The position numbers and the translations under genes are program-made. DNA of 64,000 nucleotides from NCBI GenBank assembly GCA_951406725.2, contig OX597822.1:87110001-87174000 (forward strand), written 5' to 3'. Below, in pieces: positions 62,840 to 64,000 of the stretch (its first letter is position 1; every line of letters starts with the position of its first letter). This DNA comes from Octopus vulgaris (taxonomy: Eukaryota). The notes under the pieces were generated by a model. It saw only the letters and a list, made by a program, of their open reading frames with translations. It made no database searches and was not told the origin of the DNA.

Positions 62840-63292
62840 TGTGCATTCCAGAAGTTTTGAGAGTTTTTCAGAAAAGACATCACCTTCAAAGTTGGGTCTT
62901 CTGACTTCAATGCACTTTTAGTGTCCCAGCCCCTTTGTGAAGGCTTCATAGAAGTCCTCTAAAGTAGTGGTATCCAGGACCTTTCTTACAGCCTCCTTCA
63001 TCTTTTCCTTCAGCTTGGAGAACAGTCAAAAGTCACAGAGAGCAAGGTCTGAACTGTAGCGAGGGCAAGGATGGTTTTTATGCTCATCTTTGTCAAGTAG
63101 TTTGGTTACCAGGATGGAATTGTGGCCTGGTGCATTGTCTTTGGTGCAGGTGTTCTCCCACAAAACCTCTGCAAAGTATTCTTTGTTGACCGTCTGGGCA
63201 GGCGATTCCCCAGTGGATGGAGATGATGCCCTTGATATTGAAAAAGATCATCATGACCTTCCTGGTGGCCTTGCCTTGCCTGGCCTCTGGGG
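62840..63292 (-). mobile_element. mariner (DD34D) transposase catalytic-domain remnant
   Basis: QTVNKEYFAEVL...KDNAPGHNS...PRYSSDLALCDF*LFSKLK...KCIEV..NFEG, matching HDNAPxH and YSPDLAPCDFWLF. Confidence 0.85.
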
Positions 63293-63784
63293 GTAATCTT
63301 TTTAATCAGTGTGTGACATTATGCTTCATCTGCTTGACAGAGCTGAACTGTCAGACACACACTTGGGACCACACACGCACGTGTGCACACGACTGACATC
63401 ATATACTAATACCAAAACATTGTCCTGTGCTAGTAAGGTTCAGCTTCTGCAGATGACTTAGCTCATACAAGTTAATCCATAAGCAGTGTGGAACATTTCG
63501 TAAGTCTCTGTAATGTTTTCACTCAGTTTAACATAAAACCTTATTGCACAGTGTGCCTGCAAACGGACTTCACATCCTAACTGCATTCTGCAGACGTGTA
63601 GGCTGTGACAAGCAGTGTTTAGCAGGGTCTGCTATAGCCATCTCCTTCAACTTGGGAAAACAAAAGTTGGTAGATCAGCATTTTGGATGATACACTTAGA
63701 TTACAACAATTTAGTACTGTTATCACTGCCTCCCTAAAAAGTCTCAATATTTCTGAAATACACCTCATGTATATATATATATAT

Positions 63785-63826
<42 letters not shown>

Positions 63827-64000
63827 GTATATATATCTGAACCATAAAAAGTCAGGATATAAGAGAGACGAATATATTTCATTTCATTGATTAGATCTTT
63901 TGGATTTTAGCTGCATGGCTACTCTGCATTATACACCTCCATATTGGATGACTATGTGGTCTGATTTGTGATAGCCACACAAATCTGTGAATCCATATCT

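Overview
AT-rich, microsatellite-dense eukaryotic DNA. The repeat content (tRNA-derived SINEs, RTE/CR1/Dong LINE fragments, (TA)n/(TG)n/(GAT)n tracts) looks like an octopus (coleoid cephalopod) genome; this is recognition from memory, not a database result. One protein-coding gene is supported: five + strand internal exons (8035-8121, 9530-10778, 20721-20861, 28209-28324, 52356-52441) with canonical AG/GT sites and matching phases. They splice into one 1679-nt open frame (~559 aa) of tandem PKD domains, i.e. part of the ectodomain of a polycystin-1 (PKD1/PKD1L/REJ-type) protein whose start and stop were not found. The rest is intron filled with decayed transposons. Best leads: (1) three long and one short fold-back (hairpin) modules next to (TA)n tracts, two with the same nested one-sided-bulge layout; (2) minimal hammerhead-ribozyme-like motifs in a TA-associated repeat, pointing to Penelope-like elements; (3) a CR1 LINE and a SINE sharing a 3' tail whose stem-loop is kept despite sequence change; (4) an RTE LINE with a PHD finger inside ORF2; (5) a Tx1-like element with most of ORF2 deleted. 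I cannot demonstrate a wholly new system here. Repeat boundaries were read by eye and are approximate.
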